A stretch of 64,000 bases of DNA, taken from positions 64,001 through 128,000 of IMG/VR virus record IMGVR_UViG_2811995030_000001. One strand, given 5' to 3'. Each line of letters begins with the position of its first letter. The stretch's first letter is position 1. This document shows, one piece after another, positions 19,762 through 28,810 of the stretch. This DNA comes from a virus. Lineage: Duplodnaviria > Caudoviricetes. Below the pieces are notes generated by a model. It searched no databases, was not told where the DNA came from, and saw nothing but the letters and a program-made list of their open reading frames with translations. Both the position numbers and the translations under genes were made by a program.

Positions 19762-19817
19762 TGATCTTCCTCCTCCATTAAAGTATTCTACATTAAACAG
19801 GCCTTTATGAGCAAATT

Positions 19818-19878
19818 AAAAAAATATATCAAATAAAATAAATTACATGTTGACTTAATTGTTTGTAGGGTGTAATAT
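19818..19878 (+). promoter_or_regulatory. phage early promoter with conserved operator-like box
   Basis: AAAAAAATATATCAAATAAAATAAATTACATG + TTGACT-17-TAATAT; near-identical blocks at 46211 and 58926. Confidence 0.75.
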
Positions 19879-20074
19879 GTAATTAAGAACAAAACAACTA
19901 GACAAAACACCTACAAATTACATGAGGTGATAATATGAAAGCGTGGATTGAAGAGTTATTTGAGAATGATCTAAGCTTTAAAGAAGTTCTAGTTTACACT
20001 GTATTTGGTGGATTAATTGTTTTTGGAATGTTTTATGGAGCAGCACTTTTAAACTTTTTACATTAATACATAAT

Positions 20075-20287
20075 ATGAATCTAGGAAAAAATTTATTAGA
20101 AGGAGGAGTTTACATGTCAAGAGTATCTGAAAAGCAAAAAATTGCAATAGGTGGAGCTATTCCATTCAATGGAGACTTCAGAGAACGAATGAAAGTAGTC
20201 AAAGAATTGGAACGGAAATATAGTAAAGTAAGAGTTACATATGATGGCAGTATGGTATTTTGGGACGGAATGCAAGAAGTATATTAA
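20075..20287 (+). CDS. hypothetical protein (true start probably MSRVS)
   Basis: AGGAGG RBS before the internal ATG. Confidence 0.6.
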   Translation: MNLGKNLLEGGVYMSRVSEKQKIAIGGAIPFNGDFRERMKVVKELERKYSKVRVTYDGSMVFWDGMQEVY

Positions 20288-20342
20288 CGAAATAAAATAC
20301 ATAACAATAATTACATGAAATAATAAAATAAAATATAATGAG

Positions 20343-20732
20343 GTGTTTAAAATGTGTGGGGCAACAAAAGTATTATTAACAATTGAAGATACTCTAAAGA
20401 AAGCCAATTCAGAAATCAGAAGATTAACTGATGAATTATCTAAATGTGATCGTGAGTTTTCTAAATTCTATCATGAATTAGAACAAAAAACATTCAACGC
20501 TGTAGAAGGTTATTACATAGCTAAGAATTTTCAAAACTTATCAAGACGTAGAAGAATTATTAAACAAGAACTTGAAGCATACAAGGTTATGCAAAGAGAA
20601 ACGAAGAAATTAGATTTAAGTAGAATTAAAGGAGCTAAGCATGCTCTAAGAAACACAAGAATGAGACAAAGTAAATACATAGCTGATTGGAATATTGAAG
20701 ACTTAAATAACGATGACTTTAAGGTGTATTGA
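20343..20732 (+). CDS. conserved coiled-coil phage protein
   Basis: YHELE..FNAVEGYYIAK...RRRRIIKQEL. Confidence 0.7.
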   Translation: MFKMCGATKVLLTIEDTLKKANSEIRRLTDELSKCDREFSKFYHELEQKTFNAVEGYYIAKNFQNLSRRRRIIKQELEAYKVMQRETKKLDLSRIKGAKHALRNTRMRQSKYIADWNIEDLNNDDFKVY

Positions 20733-21022
20733 TGATTTGGTTCATTATAGCACTATTTGGAACGTTAGTTGGGTTTGTTGGATTAGGGTTATACCTAACA
20801 ATTGAAGATGAAAAGGAGTACAGAAATGCGACTGAAACGAAAAAAGAAGCGTAAAGACTCCAGTTGGATTGAATGGGTTTTTGAACTACTTGAACCGTTA
20901 TGGTTATTGTTTCAGTGGGTCATCAAATTAATACATAGATATATTTAAACTAAAATTGGAATTTTATATAGAAATAGGGTTTCAAGAATGGCGTTAAATC
21001 AACGTTTCTAGGAGGTGCGAAA

Positions 21023-21241
21023 ATGTTCTTTAGAAAGAAGATAAAGAAAGAAAGCAAAGAGTCATTTTGTCTACATGAATGGCAGCTAGTTGACTACTAT
21101 ACTGATACTTTTAATACAGGTGTAGCTGTAGAAGTAGATGATTATTATAAATTAGGCTGCCCTAAATGCAAAACATACAAATCTGTAGAGGAATATGAGT
21201 TATTTAGAATGAGAGATTTAGGATTGATTAAAGACAACTAA
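21023..21241 (+). CDS. hypothetical Zn-binding protein
   Basis: FCLHEW...CPKC; GGAGG RBS. Confidence 0.65.
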   Translation: MFFRKKIKKESKESFCLHEWQLVDYYTDTFNTGVAVEVDDYYKLGCPKCKTYKSVEEYELFRMRDLGLIKDN

Positions 21242-21352
21242 GGAAGTGTACATAATGGAGATTAAAGAAATTTTATTCGTGTTCGGTGGAGGCTTATTTT
21301 TAGGGCTACACTACGGCTATATGTTAGGACGTTATAGAATGGGGAGATGTGA

Positions 21353-21595
21353 ATGAAGCGAGAAACTCTCAACCAAATTAAGAAATTACAAAACAAGAAA
21401 GCAAAGGCACAACAAAAATTAGCAAGCCTTGGAATAAAGAAAGAAATGTTAGATAAGGGATATGAAGTTGGAAGGTTTGTATCAAGGAAGAGCCAAAATT
21501 CACGACTAACAGAACAAATAAATGGATTAAATAGAGAGATAAAATACTACGATGTCAAAATTGGTTTGTTGATTAAGGAGGTTTGTAAGAAATGA
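21353..21595 (+). CDS. hypothetical protein
   Basis: ORF with RBS. Confidence 0.6.
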   Translation: MKRETLNQIKKLQNKKAKAQQKLASLGIKKEMLDKGYEVGRFVSRKSQNSRLTEQINGLNREIKYYDVKIGLLIKEVCKK

Positions 21596-21972
21596 GTATA
21601 CCACAAAAAATTGCAATGCAAGGGGTTAAGGTAGTTGAGGAGTATTTGAGTTATATGAATCGAATAGAAACAGCACAGAAACAATGTAAGGACTGTGCGT
21701 TAAAGATAAAAGAAATAGAGAAGAGAATTAGAAAGCTAGTAGAGGAAAAATATCATTGGTCATACTCTCATTATGAGAGGGATAAGCCAAATTTATTACT
21801 TGTTTCTTATGAACTGGAGGAGCTGGTTAAAGATCATGTTTCCACGACACTTTCTTTCACTGAAGCAGATAATCTCCAACTATCCTTGAGAGAAGAGATG
21901 TATTACAAACGATGGCTTTCAGATTGGGAAATTGAACGAAGAGAACGTATAGGTTCAAAGAAATCACGTTAA
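21592..21972 (+). CDS. hypothetical protein
   Basis: AGGAGG RBS; stop codon in the core repeat at 21970. Confidence 0.65.
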   Translation: MSIPQKIAMQGVKVVEEYLSYMNRIETAQKQCKDCALKIKEIEKRIRKLVEEKYHWSYSHYERDKPNLLLVSYELEELVKDHVSTTLSFTEADNLQLSLREEMYYKRWLSDWEIERRERIGSKKSR

Positions 21973-22012
21973 AACAGAAATCTTATCGTAATTTAAAATT
22001 AGGAGGAAGCCT

Positions 22013-22465
22013 ATGAAAAGTAGATATAAAAAACACTTAAAGCGTATAGCAGCCAGAACGCCTATAGTTACCTTTTCTCAAAATGAAACAGCAAACAAAG
22101 GAGAAGTTATTGATAAGGCTATTCTAGACAATTATTTTGATAAATTTACAGGATATATTGCTGAACAATGGCAGTTAGAAGAAATGCGATATGAAGATAT
22201 TAAGAAAGGTTTCTATTCAGATGTATTACTCTTTATGAACAATTATTTAACTTGTGGTAATAATGATTATATTTATTTGTTGATACCTACTAGTAAGAAT
22301 AAATATAAAGTTATTGAAAAAGAGCATGTTCCTACATGGCAACGTATTTATTGGGAGAAAGAAGACCCTAATGATGATAGAAGTTGGTGTTATTTTGATG
22401 AAGACACTTATGATCTTTGGGAGTATATGATAAATCAGCTTGATAAACATGTAGAGGCTTTCTAA
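22013..22465 (+). CDS. hypothetical protein between core repeats 21970 and 22475
   Basis: AGGAGG RBS. Confidence 0.7.
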   Translation: MKSRYKKHLKRIAARTPIVTFSQNETANKGEVIDKAILDNYFDKFTGYIAEQWQLEEMRYEDIKKGFYSDVLLFMNNYLTCGNNDYIYLLIPTSKNKYKVIEKEHVPTWQRIYWEKEDPNDDRSWCYFDEDTYDLWEYMINQLDKHVEAF

Positions 22466-22500
22466 GATTTAGGATAAAAGATAGCTTATATCTAGAATTA

Positions 22501-22631
22501 AATATTTTTCTTGCAATTAGTTTGAAAATATGCGATAACTAAATTAAATAAATTACATAACTGGATTAAATGAATATTTCTCTTGTAAAAAAATTAAAAA
22601 TAAGATATAATCAAATTAAATAAAATACATA
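22501..22631 (+). promoter_or_regulatory. tandem diverged duplication of a promoter/operator upstream of tnpB
   Basis: 22501-22559 vs 22573-22631; TTGCAA-17-GATAAC and TTGTAA-17-TATAAT, each followed by AAATTAAATAAAwTACATA. Confidence 0.7.
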
Positions 22632-22707
22632 TTAAAAATAAATTCCTTTTAGTACAGTATGGAAAGTGTGTATAAAATCAAAATTAGACATTGGGAGGTG
22701 AATATTT

Positions 22708-24153
22708 ATGTCGAATTATATCCTTACACTAAAACTAAGAACTGAAAAGTATCAGGAAGATATATTAAATAAACGTCTAGAGGTTGGAAGGCGTATATAC
22801 AACAGCATACTAGGCGACCTACTTAAACGTTATAATACCCTTAAGCAAAGCAAAGGGTATAGATTAGCTTTAAAAATGCAAAAAGGTAAAGAACGCAATA
22901 AAAAACTTAATGATCTGAATAAAGAATATGGTTTGACTGAATATTTACTTCATACACACATTAAACCGATGCAAAAGAAATTTAAGAAAAACATAGATAG
23001 CTCCACAGCGCAGAAAATTGCTACTAGATGTTTTAGCGCTTTTCAGAAATTGATGCTTCACGAGGCAGACAAATTGAATTTTAAAAAATGTGGAGAGCTA
23101 AACAGTCTAGAGGGAAAATCCAATAAAACAGGAATTAGGTTTAAAAATAACCAATTAGTTTGGAATAAATTAATAATTCCTGTAATTATAAAGAAGAATG
23201 ATATATATGCTCATACTGCATTACAAGATAATATTAAATATTGTCGTGTTGTACGTAAATTAATTGGGGGAAAGTATAAGTTTTATATTCAACTTATACT
23301 AGAAGGAATCCCTCCTAAGAAACATAACAACGAAACTGGTGAAGTTAGGCATGTTAGAAATGAAGGATCAGTTGGAATTGATATTGGCACACAGACGATT
23401 GCTATCTCCTCTCAAAAAGAAGTTAAACTATTAGAGCTTGCGCCAGAAGTGAGTATTATAGAGAAAGAGAAACGTATATTACAGCGTAAGTTGAATAGAC
23501 AACGCAGGGCAAACAATCCTCATAAGTACAATGAAAATGGGCTGATTAAGAGAGGAAATACAGGTAAGTGGATATATAGTAAAAACTATATTAAAACAAA
23601 AAATAAATTAGCTGAGTTACAAAGGAAGATTGCTGCTAAGCGTAAGCAGTCTCATGAGAAATTAGCTAATTACATCCTAACGCTTGGCGATAACATTAAA
23701 GTTGAGCAGATGAACTATCAGGGATTACAGAAGAGAGCAAAAGAAACAACTGTCAATGAGAAGACAGGTCGATTCAATAAAAAGAAAAGGTTTGGGAAGA
23801 GTTTAGAAAATAAAGCACCAGCAATGTTTCTAATAATACTAGATAATAAATTAAAATTTGATAATAAAGAGCTAAGAAAAATTAACACAACCTCATTTAA
23901 AGCAAGTCAATATAATCATTTTACTGATGAGTATGTTAAAAAGAAGTTGTCTGAACGTTGGAATAAATTTGAATGTAGTAAGATTCAGAGAGACTTATAC
24001 AGTGCATATCTGATTATGAACAGTAGATGGAACTTAAAAGAAGCTGATAGAGATTTATGCTTTGATAATTGGAACAGGTTTAAGGAGCTACATGACTTAG
24101 AGATTGAACGATTAAGAAATGAAGATAGAACGATAGCGAGTATGGGAATCTAG
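22708..24153 (+). CDS. tnpB: TnpB-family RNA-guided nuclease (IS200/IS605-IS607 related)
   Basis: RuvC-I VGIDIG, RuvC-II VEQM and RuvC-III QRDLYSA intact; no CxxC Zn finger. Confidence 0.85.
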   Translation: MSNYILTLKLRTEKYQEDILNKRLEVGRRIYNSILGDLLKRYNTLKQSKGYRLALKMQKGKERNKKLNDLNKEYGLTEYLLHTHIKPMQKKFKKNIDSSTAQKIATRCFSAFQKLMLHEADKLNFKKCGELNSLEGKSNKTGIRFKNNQLVWNKLIIPVIIKKNDIYAHTALQDNIKYCRVVRKLIGGKYKFYIQLILEGIPPKKHNNETGEVRHVRNEGSVGIDIGTQTIAISSQKEVKLLELAPEVSIIEKEKRILQRKLNRQRRANNPHKYNENGLIKRGNTGKWIYSKNYIKTKNKLAELQRKIAAKRKQSHEKLANYILTLGDNIKVEQMNYQGLQKRAKETTVNEKTGRFNKKKRFGKSLENKAPAMFLIILDNKLKFDNKELRKINTTSFKASQYNHFTDEYVKKKLSERWNKFECSKIQRDLYSAYLIMNSRWNLKEADRDLCFDNWNRFKELHDLEIERLRNEDRTIASMGI

Positions 24154-24163
24154 GCTATAATAA

Positions 24164-24353
24164 GGTTTTGACACGAGCCTATAGGACGTTAATTTCAACA
24201 TTGGTTGAATTGTCCATGAAAGTCTTATTGAAATGAATGAGTCTTTACATGTTGTAGCTATTCTTGAAATAGTGAGAGTGTAGAGGAAATTCAATAGTAA
24301 ATAAGAACCTCGCAATAATTGTGAGAGTGTCAGATAACTGGGAGGAATAGGTA
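24164..24353 (+). ncRNA. predicted omegaRNA 1 (scaffold to TCAG 24333, guide from 24334)
   Basis: blocks GGTTTTGA..CGAGCCTA.AGGA, TTGTCCATGAAAGTCT and AGAACCT-hairpin-GAGA..TCAG shared with 44470-44642. Confidence 0.75.
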
Positions 24354-24379
24354 CAGAATTATTAAAAGGAGGAATAGAT

Positions 24380-24688
24380 ATGGAATTGTTAAGATTCAGC
24401 AAAAAGGCGTTTAGATATTATTCATTTGAAATCAAGGGTAATGAAGGAGTTTCTTACTTAGAGGCCAGAAAGAAAATGACACGCAATATGTTGCTTGCAT
24501 ATAAGTCTACGGCTGAAGGCTATGAAGGTGATTTATATAAATATGGTTGTCTATGGTTTTTAGTTAAGAATAATAGAATAGTATGGATGAGAAATAAATC
24601 ATATTTTCCTCTTGGATGGAAGAAGGATCATGAGAGATATGAGCAGCTTAATGAAGAGTTGGGAATTAAAACCTTAGTACATACATAA
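24380..24688 (+). CDS. hypothetical protein
   Basis: AGGAGG RBS. Confidence 0.7.
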   Translation: MELLRFSKKAFRYYSFEIKGNEGVSYLEARKKMTRNMLLAYKSTAEGYEGDLYKYGCLWFLVKNNRIVWMRNKSYFPLGWKKDHERYEQLNEELGIKTLVHT

Positions 24689-24732
24689 TAAAAATAAAAT
24701 ACAAAACAGGTGATTAAAAGGAGTGTGAGCAG

Positions 24733-25008
24733 ATGTATGGTATAAAATACAATCAAAGAGATATTCAAGAGAGATTGAGCTATGAAATTAACTATAAAAA
24801 AACTTTAGAGGATAAGATTGCTCTAATGCAAAAAGATAGGCTTAGAGTACAAAATGACGAAACTAAGACAATCATTGATGGAGCGATTAAGGATATTGAG
24901 AATCGTATGAGTAAATCTGTAAAATACATAGAGCTTTATAGCAACTTGATTGAGGAATTTATCATAGGAAAAAGGAAGATTGCTAGCTATTACGATATTT
25001 TTAAGTAA
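24733..25008 (+). CDS. hypothetical protein
   Basis: AAGGAG RBS. Confidence 0.65.
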   Translation: MYGIKYNQRDIQERLSYEINYKKTLEDKIALMQKDRLRVQNDETKTIIDGAIKDIENRMSKSVKYIELYSNLIEEFIIGKRKIASYYDIFK

Positions 25009-25046
25009 ATCATTCAACTTACTTTAAATTCTGAAGGAGAAAAAAT

Positions 25047-25286
25047 ATGAAAGCTTTTGAGGTACATTATCAAACACCAAGGAAGTCTACGATGGTGATT
25101 ATTTTATCTAAAACAGAAGAAGGTATTGAAAATAATTTAATTGATAGAGATGCTGAATATAAAAAATATAAGGGGAAAGTTGCAACTTGTAAAATCAACT
25201 CTCATAAGGAAATTCCTTTATCTAATGTTTTAGTTAGTCACCTATCTGTTGTTGATTTAATGAAGCTTTTAAAGGAGGAGAAATAA
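25047..25286 (+). CDS. hypothetical protein
   Basis: AAGGAG RBS. Confidence 0.65.
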   Translation: MKAFEVHYQTPRKSTMVIILSKTEEGIENNLIDRDAEYKKYKGKVATCKINSHKEIPLSNVLVSHLSVVDLMKLLKEEK

Positions 25287-25411
25287 ATGGAAAAGAGAAT
25301 TGAATTTAAAAATGGTAGTGTAATTGAGGCTCATGATACTAAAGAAAGCATCAGAGGTAAACGCAGCAACTTTATTGAGTGGAAAGAAAAAGAAAATAAA
25401 GAGGTGAATAA

Positions 25412-25750
25412 ATGAAAAATAATTCTTTAGAATTGAATATTATCAACGATTACACGTTTGATATTGTGCCCAATGAAAAAGGAGAAATGCTCATTTACTT
25501 CAAAGTTGAAGATAAAGAATGTATTCTTCCTGTATCTCAATTGGACTTAAAGAATATGGTATGGTGCTCAGAGCAGGCATTAGATGAACCAAGTGGTTTT
25601 ACTTTGTATGAGTCAGATATAGAAGAAATGGTATCAGCTCCAGCAAGTAAGATTCCTGATTTGAAATTGGTACATGATGTAGACTTAACAGAGGAAGAAA
25701 GGATTGAGAAAGCTAGGCGCATTCTAGCCTCTCGAAAGGGAGGAATGTGA
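25412..25750 (+). CDS. hypothetical protein
   Basis: GAGGTG RBS. Confidence 0.65.
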   Translation: MKNNSLELNIINDYTFDIVPNEKGEMLIYFKVEDKECILPVSQLDLKNMVWCSEQALDEPSGFTLYESDIEEMVSAPASKIPDLKLVHDVDLTEEERIEKARRILASRKGGM

Positions 25751-25753
25751 TGA

Positions 25754-26197
25754 ATGACAGTAGCAGTTACAACAGATCAACGAGATATGCTAATAAACAA
25801 AATTAAATTATACATAAAATGGCCTATAAGCATATTTAACAGCTTTGATACAGATGAGCTACATAACTTATATACATACATAAATGAAGGCTACACAGTG
25901 CATAAAGCAAAGGTTAGAGGTAATACAAGATCAATTACATTAAGGCTTCCTAAAGCAGTCACAGAAGAATTAGGGCTTACATATGGTGACAGGTTTAATC
26001 TAAAAGGTAATACTAGTCGAATGGTAATTTTAGAACCATACATATCAGGTAAATTGAAACTAGGTACAAGTAACACAATCAACTTTCCAGCATTGTTAGC
26101 AGCTAAACAATTACTAAAACCAGCAGATGACACTTTGATTGTAGTTAAGGATGGTCGAATATTCCTTAAGTCATTTACTTATATGCAAAGGTATTAA
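25754..26197 (+). CDS. protein with tandem AbrB-like domains
   Basis: SITLRLPKAVTEELGLTYGD and TINFPALLAAKQLLKPADD. Confidence 0.55.
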   Translation: MTVAVTTDQRDMLINKIKLYIKWPISIFNSFDTDELHNLYTYINEGYTVHKAKVRGNTRSITLRLPKAVTEELGLTYGDRFNLKGNTSRMVILEPYISGKLKLGTSNTINFPALLAAKQLLKPADDTLIVVKDGRIFLKSFTYMQRY

Positions 26198-26224
26198 GTA
26201 AATCAATTAGAGAGGTGATGAAAA

Positions 26225-26677
26225 TTGAATATTATTTATGATGATTATGAAGGAGATCAATTAAGTTTAATCTTAGCATTTAATGAACCTCAAGAGTTAT
26301 TTATAGGCCACTTAGAAACGCCCATGACATCAGATTCATTAGTTAAATGCCTAGAGTGGGAGAAGGGAATAACACATAATCTAATTTGCTTAAGTGATGA
26401 TTTAGAGCCACAGTCAATTAAACATTCAATGATTAATGAAGTTGTACCAGTTAAATCAATACTAGAAGAAGTTGAGAAGGAATTAGAATATAAAATCAAA
26501 TACAATTACTGGTTAAATGAAGTTAAATCTTATAGTTTTCATGAAGTCTTACATACGTTGTTGGGGATTTCCTTACTTAAAGATAAAAGAATGCAGCTAT
26601 TTACAGCAAAAGAAGTTGTTAGGGAACACTTTAGAAAGGTAATAGATACTGAAGTAAATAAAAAATGTGCTAAATGA
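26225..26677 (+). CDS. hypothetical protein
   Basis: GAGGTG RBS. Confidence 0.65.
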   Translation: MNIIYDDYEGDQLSLILAFNEPQELFIGHLETPMTSDSLVKCLEWEKGITHNLICLSDDLEPQSIKHSMINEVVPVKSILEEVEKELEYKIKYNYWLNEVKSYSFHEVLHTLLGISLLKDKRMQLFTAKEVVREHFRKVIDTEVNKKCAK

Positions 26678-26856
26678 TAAAGGAGGAATACATAATGAAG
26701 GTTGATTATGGGATTGAGGTGTTAAGGCAGGCAAAAAGTAGCGCAGAATACATATTAAGAACTCATTGTTATGATAGTGAATCAGAGAAGGAATTAATGA
26801 TCCAGTTAGAACAGCTTGAAGCAAGTATTAAAAAATTAGGAGGAGATGAAAAATGA
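26674..26856 (+). CDS. hypothetical protein
   Basis: AGGAGG RBS before the internal Met. Confidence 0.55.
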   Translation: MIKEEYIMKVDYGIEVLRQAKSSAEYILRTHCYDSESEKELMIQLEQLEASIKKLGGDEK

Positions 26857-27082
26857 GCCAGCACAATATTTTATTTAGTATCACTGAGGACAGTAGAGAT
26901 GGCGTTAACTTTCAAGTAAAGGGAAATGAAGTCAAATTTATTCTTGAACATAAAGAAGATGTTTTAGCAGTGATGGAGAGATTACAAAAAGCTTTGATTA
27001 ATGAAACTTATCCTTTCACACGATTCAAATAAAGAAAAATAAAATATTTATTACATAGAATATAGATTTTACATAATTATTA

Positions 27083-27129
27083 ATACAACATGTAGATATA
27101 AATTAGTTTTAATCCTCTATATATAGTTG
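27083..27129. promoter_or_regulatory. tandem NrdR-box-like sites
   Basis: ATACAACATGTAGATA (27083) and CCTCTATATATAGTTG (27114) fit acaCwAtATaTwGtgt, offset 31 nt. Confidence 0.6.
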
Positions 27130-27198
27130 TTATTTGGTTAAAACTGCACAAATTTCAAAAAAGTTCATCCTAGATGAGCTTATTTGTGTTTTTTCCTG

Positions 27199-27227
27199 TT
27201 GCATTATCTATAATCACATGGTATATT
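27199..27227 (+). promoter_or_regulatory. sigma-A promoter of the lysogeny operon
   Basis: TTGCAT-17-TATATT with extended TG; operator-like box downstream near 27245. Confidence 0.65.
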
Positions 27228-27355
27228 ATATATAACTTAAACAAATAAAATAAATTACATTACATAGTTTAAAAATAAGTAATAAAGAGTATAATATAAG
27301 TGAGCAGGTAAATTAGTGACTAACCAAATTAATAACAATTAAGGGGAGAGTTAAT

Positions 27356-27526
27356 ATGAATAAGAAAATTGTAAACTTTGGTGAATTTAAAGCAATTAAA
27401 GAATATAATGTGGCTAATGTAGCTGGTGAAATTTATGGAATGACAACTGAGCAGGATCAATACATAGTAGAAAAAGACTTCGCAAAGGAATATGCTAAAG
27501 CATACATGAAGTTACTTAGTAAATAA
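27356..27526 (+). CDS. 56-aa protein leading the lysogeny operon
   Basis: GGGGAG RBS; MNKKIVNFGEFK... Confidence 0.65.
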   Translation: MNKKIVNFGEFKAIKEYNVANVAGEIYGMTTEQDQYIVEKDFAKEYAKAYMKLLSK

Positions 27527-27561
27527 AAGTAACTAAAATCAATTATAAGGGAGAGGTTAAA

Positions 27562-28611
27562 ATGGAAGCTAAAGTATTAGCATTCGATAATGGTAAATCA
27601 GATAATTATAAAGTATATGAGATCATTGAAAAATTTTTAGACTTCTATAAATATAATGATTTTGGTAAAGCTAATAATACAGCTAGAAATTATAAGAGTC
27701 ATATTAATCACTTCTTCGATTACCTAAAGAAAGATATTAGATTCTTAACTGTTGAAGATATTCAAATTACTGTTGATGATGTTGAAAGATATATGAAATA
27801 TATGAAGAATTCTAAAGATAATACAGCTTCAACAATTAAAACTAAAGTAGGAACTATTAATAAATTATATGAAGAATTCTATAAGAAGGACTTAGTTAAG
27901 GATTTAAAAGCATTTGATACTAAGTTATTTAAAAAATTAAATACTACTTCGCAGGAAATTGATGCATTCACAGCTAATGAAATAGAAGCAATGGTTAAAG
28001 TTGCAGGGGAAGATAGAGAGAAGCCACTTGAAAAACAATGTTTATTAAAATTAGCAGCTACTATTGGTTTTCGTATAGGTGACTTATTAAATTTAACTTG
28101 GAGTGATTTTGCAGTATATGATGAATATGTATTAGTTAAGGCCAGACAACCAAAGAGAGGTAATGCTTATGCTAATAAAATTTCACATGAATTATATGAA
28201 GAGATATTAGAAATTAAATCTGAAAACGCTTCTAAAGATAATAAAGTATTTAATTTTGTCTCTAAGACTGTAGAGAGAATGATGACTAGATATACTGAGA
28301 AAATTGGTATTCAAGATGAAAGATCATTAAGCTTCCATAGTATTCGTAAGTTTGCTATTACAAATTTCTATTCAATTACTAAAGATTTCTACGCAACTCA
28401 ACTATTTGCTAATCATAAAGAGCCTTCTACAACGAAAAAGTATATTAAATATGTAGATGATTATGGTGTAATTGGCCTATTCAATTCTAATAAAGAAGAC
28501 ACAAATGAGTTAAATGATATTTCAGAAGCTGAATTAAGAGCAGTTATTAAGTCATTAACTGAAAGTCAGAAATTAGATTTACTTAGAAAACATAAAGAGT
28601 TATTTGGTTAG
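27562..28611 (+). CDS. yopP: tyrosine recombinase, SPbeta YopP-like, catalytic residues intact
   Basis: SAM-like N-domain; GFRIGDL (R), FHSIRK (HxxR), ANH, TTKKY; synteny. Confidence 0.8.
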   Translation: MEAKVLAFDNGKSDNYKVYEIIEKFLDFYKYNDFGKANNTARNYKSHINHFFDYLKKDIRFLTVEDIQITVDDVERYMKYMKNSKDNTASTIKTKVGTINKLYEEFYKKDLVKDLKAFDTKLFKKLNTTSQEIDAFTANEIEAMVKVAGEDREKPLEKQCLLKLAATIGFRIGDLLNLTWSDFAVYDEYVLVKARQPKRGNAYANKISHELYEEILEIKSENASKDNKVFNFVSKTVERMMTRYTEKIGIQDERSLSFHSIRKFAITNFYSITKDFYATQLFANHKEPSTTKKYIKYVDDYGVIGLFNSNKEDTNELNDISEAELRAVIKSLTESQKLDLLRKHKELFG

Positions 28612-28810
28612 GGATTATGGAGAATTTATATCTTTTATCGTGTATTTTTATCCCATGCTTCTCATATATGGTAAAAAGTACACGCTAAAAAGGTATAAAA
28701 CTCATTAAAAAGGTTTACTTACAAAGGAATAAATTATAAAATTGAGAATGAATCTTATTAAAAGTAATTTATTATCCTTTTTCGATATTGTTTAGATTCA
28801 CTATGAGAGG

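Noticed and set aside
22708-24360. TnpB-like genes as Cas12f CRISPR effectors
   Set aside because: No repeat-spacer array or cas1/cas2 near either gene; the downstream region is a single omegaRNA-like scaffold
27050-27077. Host Xer dif site (also ACTTCCTAG at 46092)
   Set aside because: The conserved TTATGTAAACT-type arm is missing in both places
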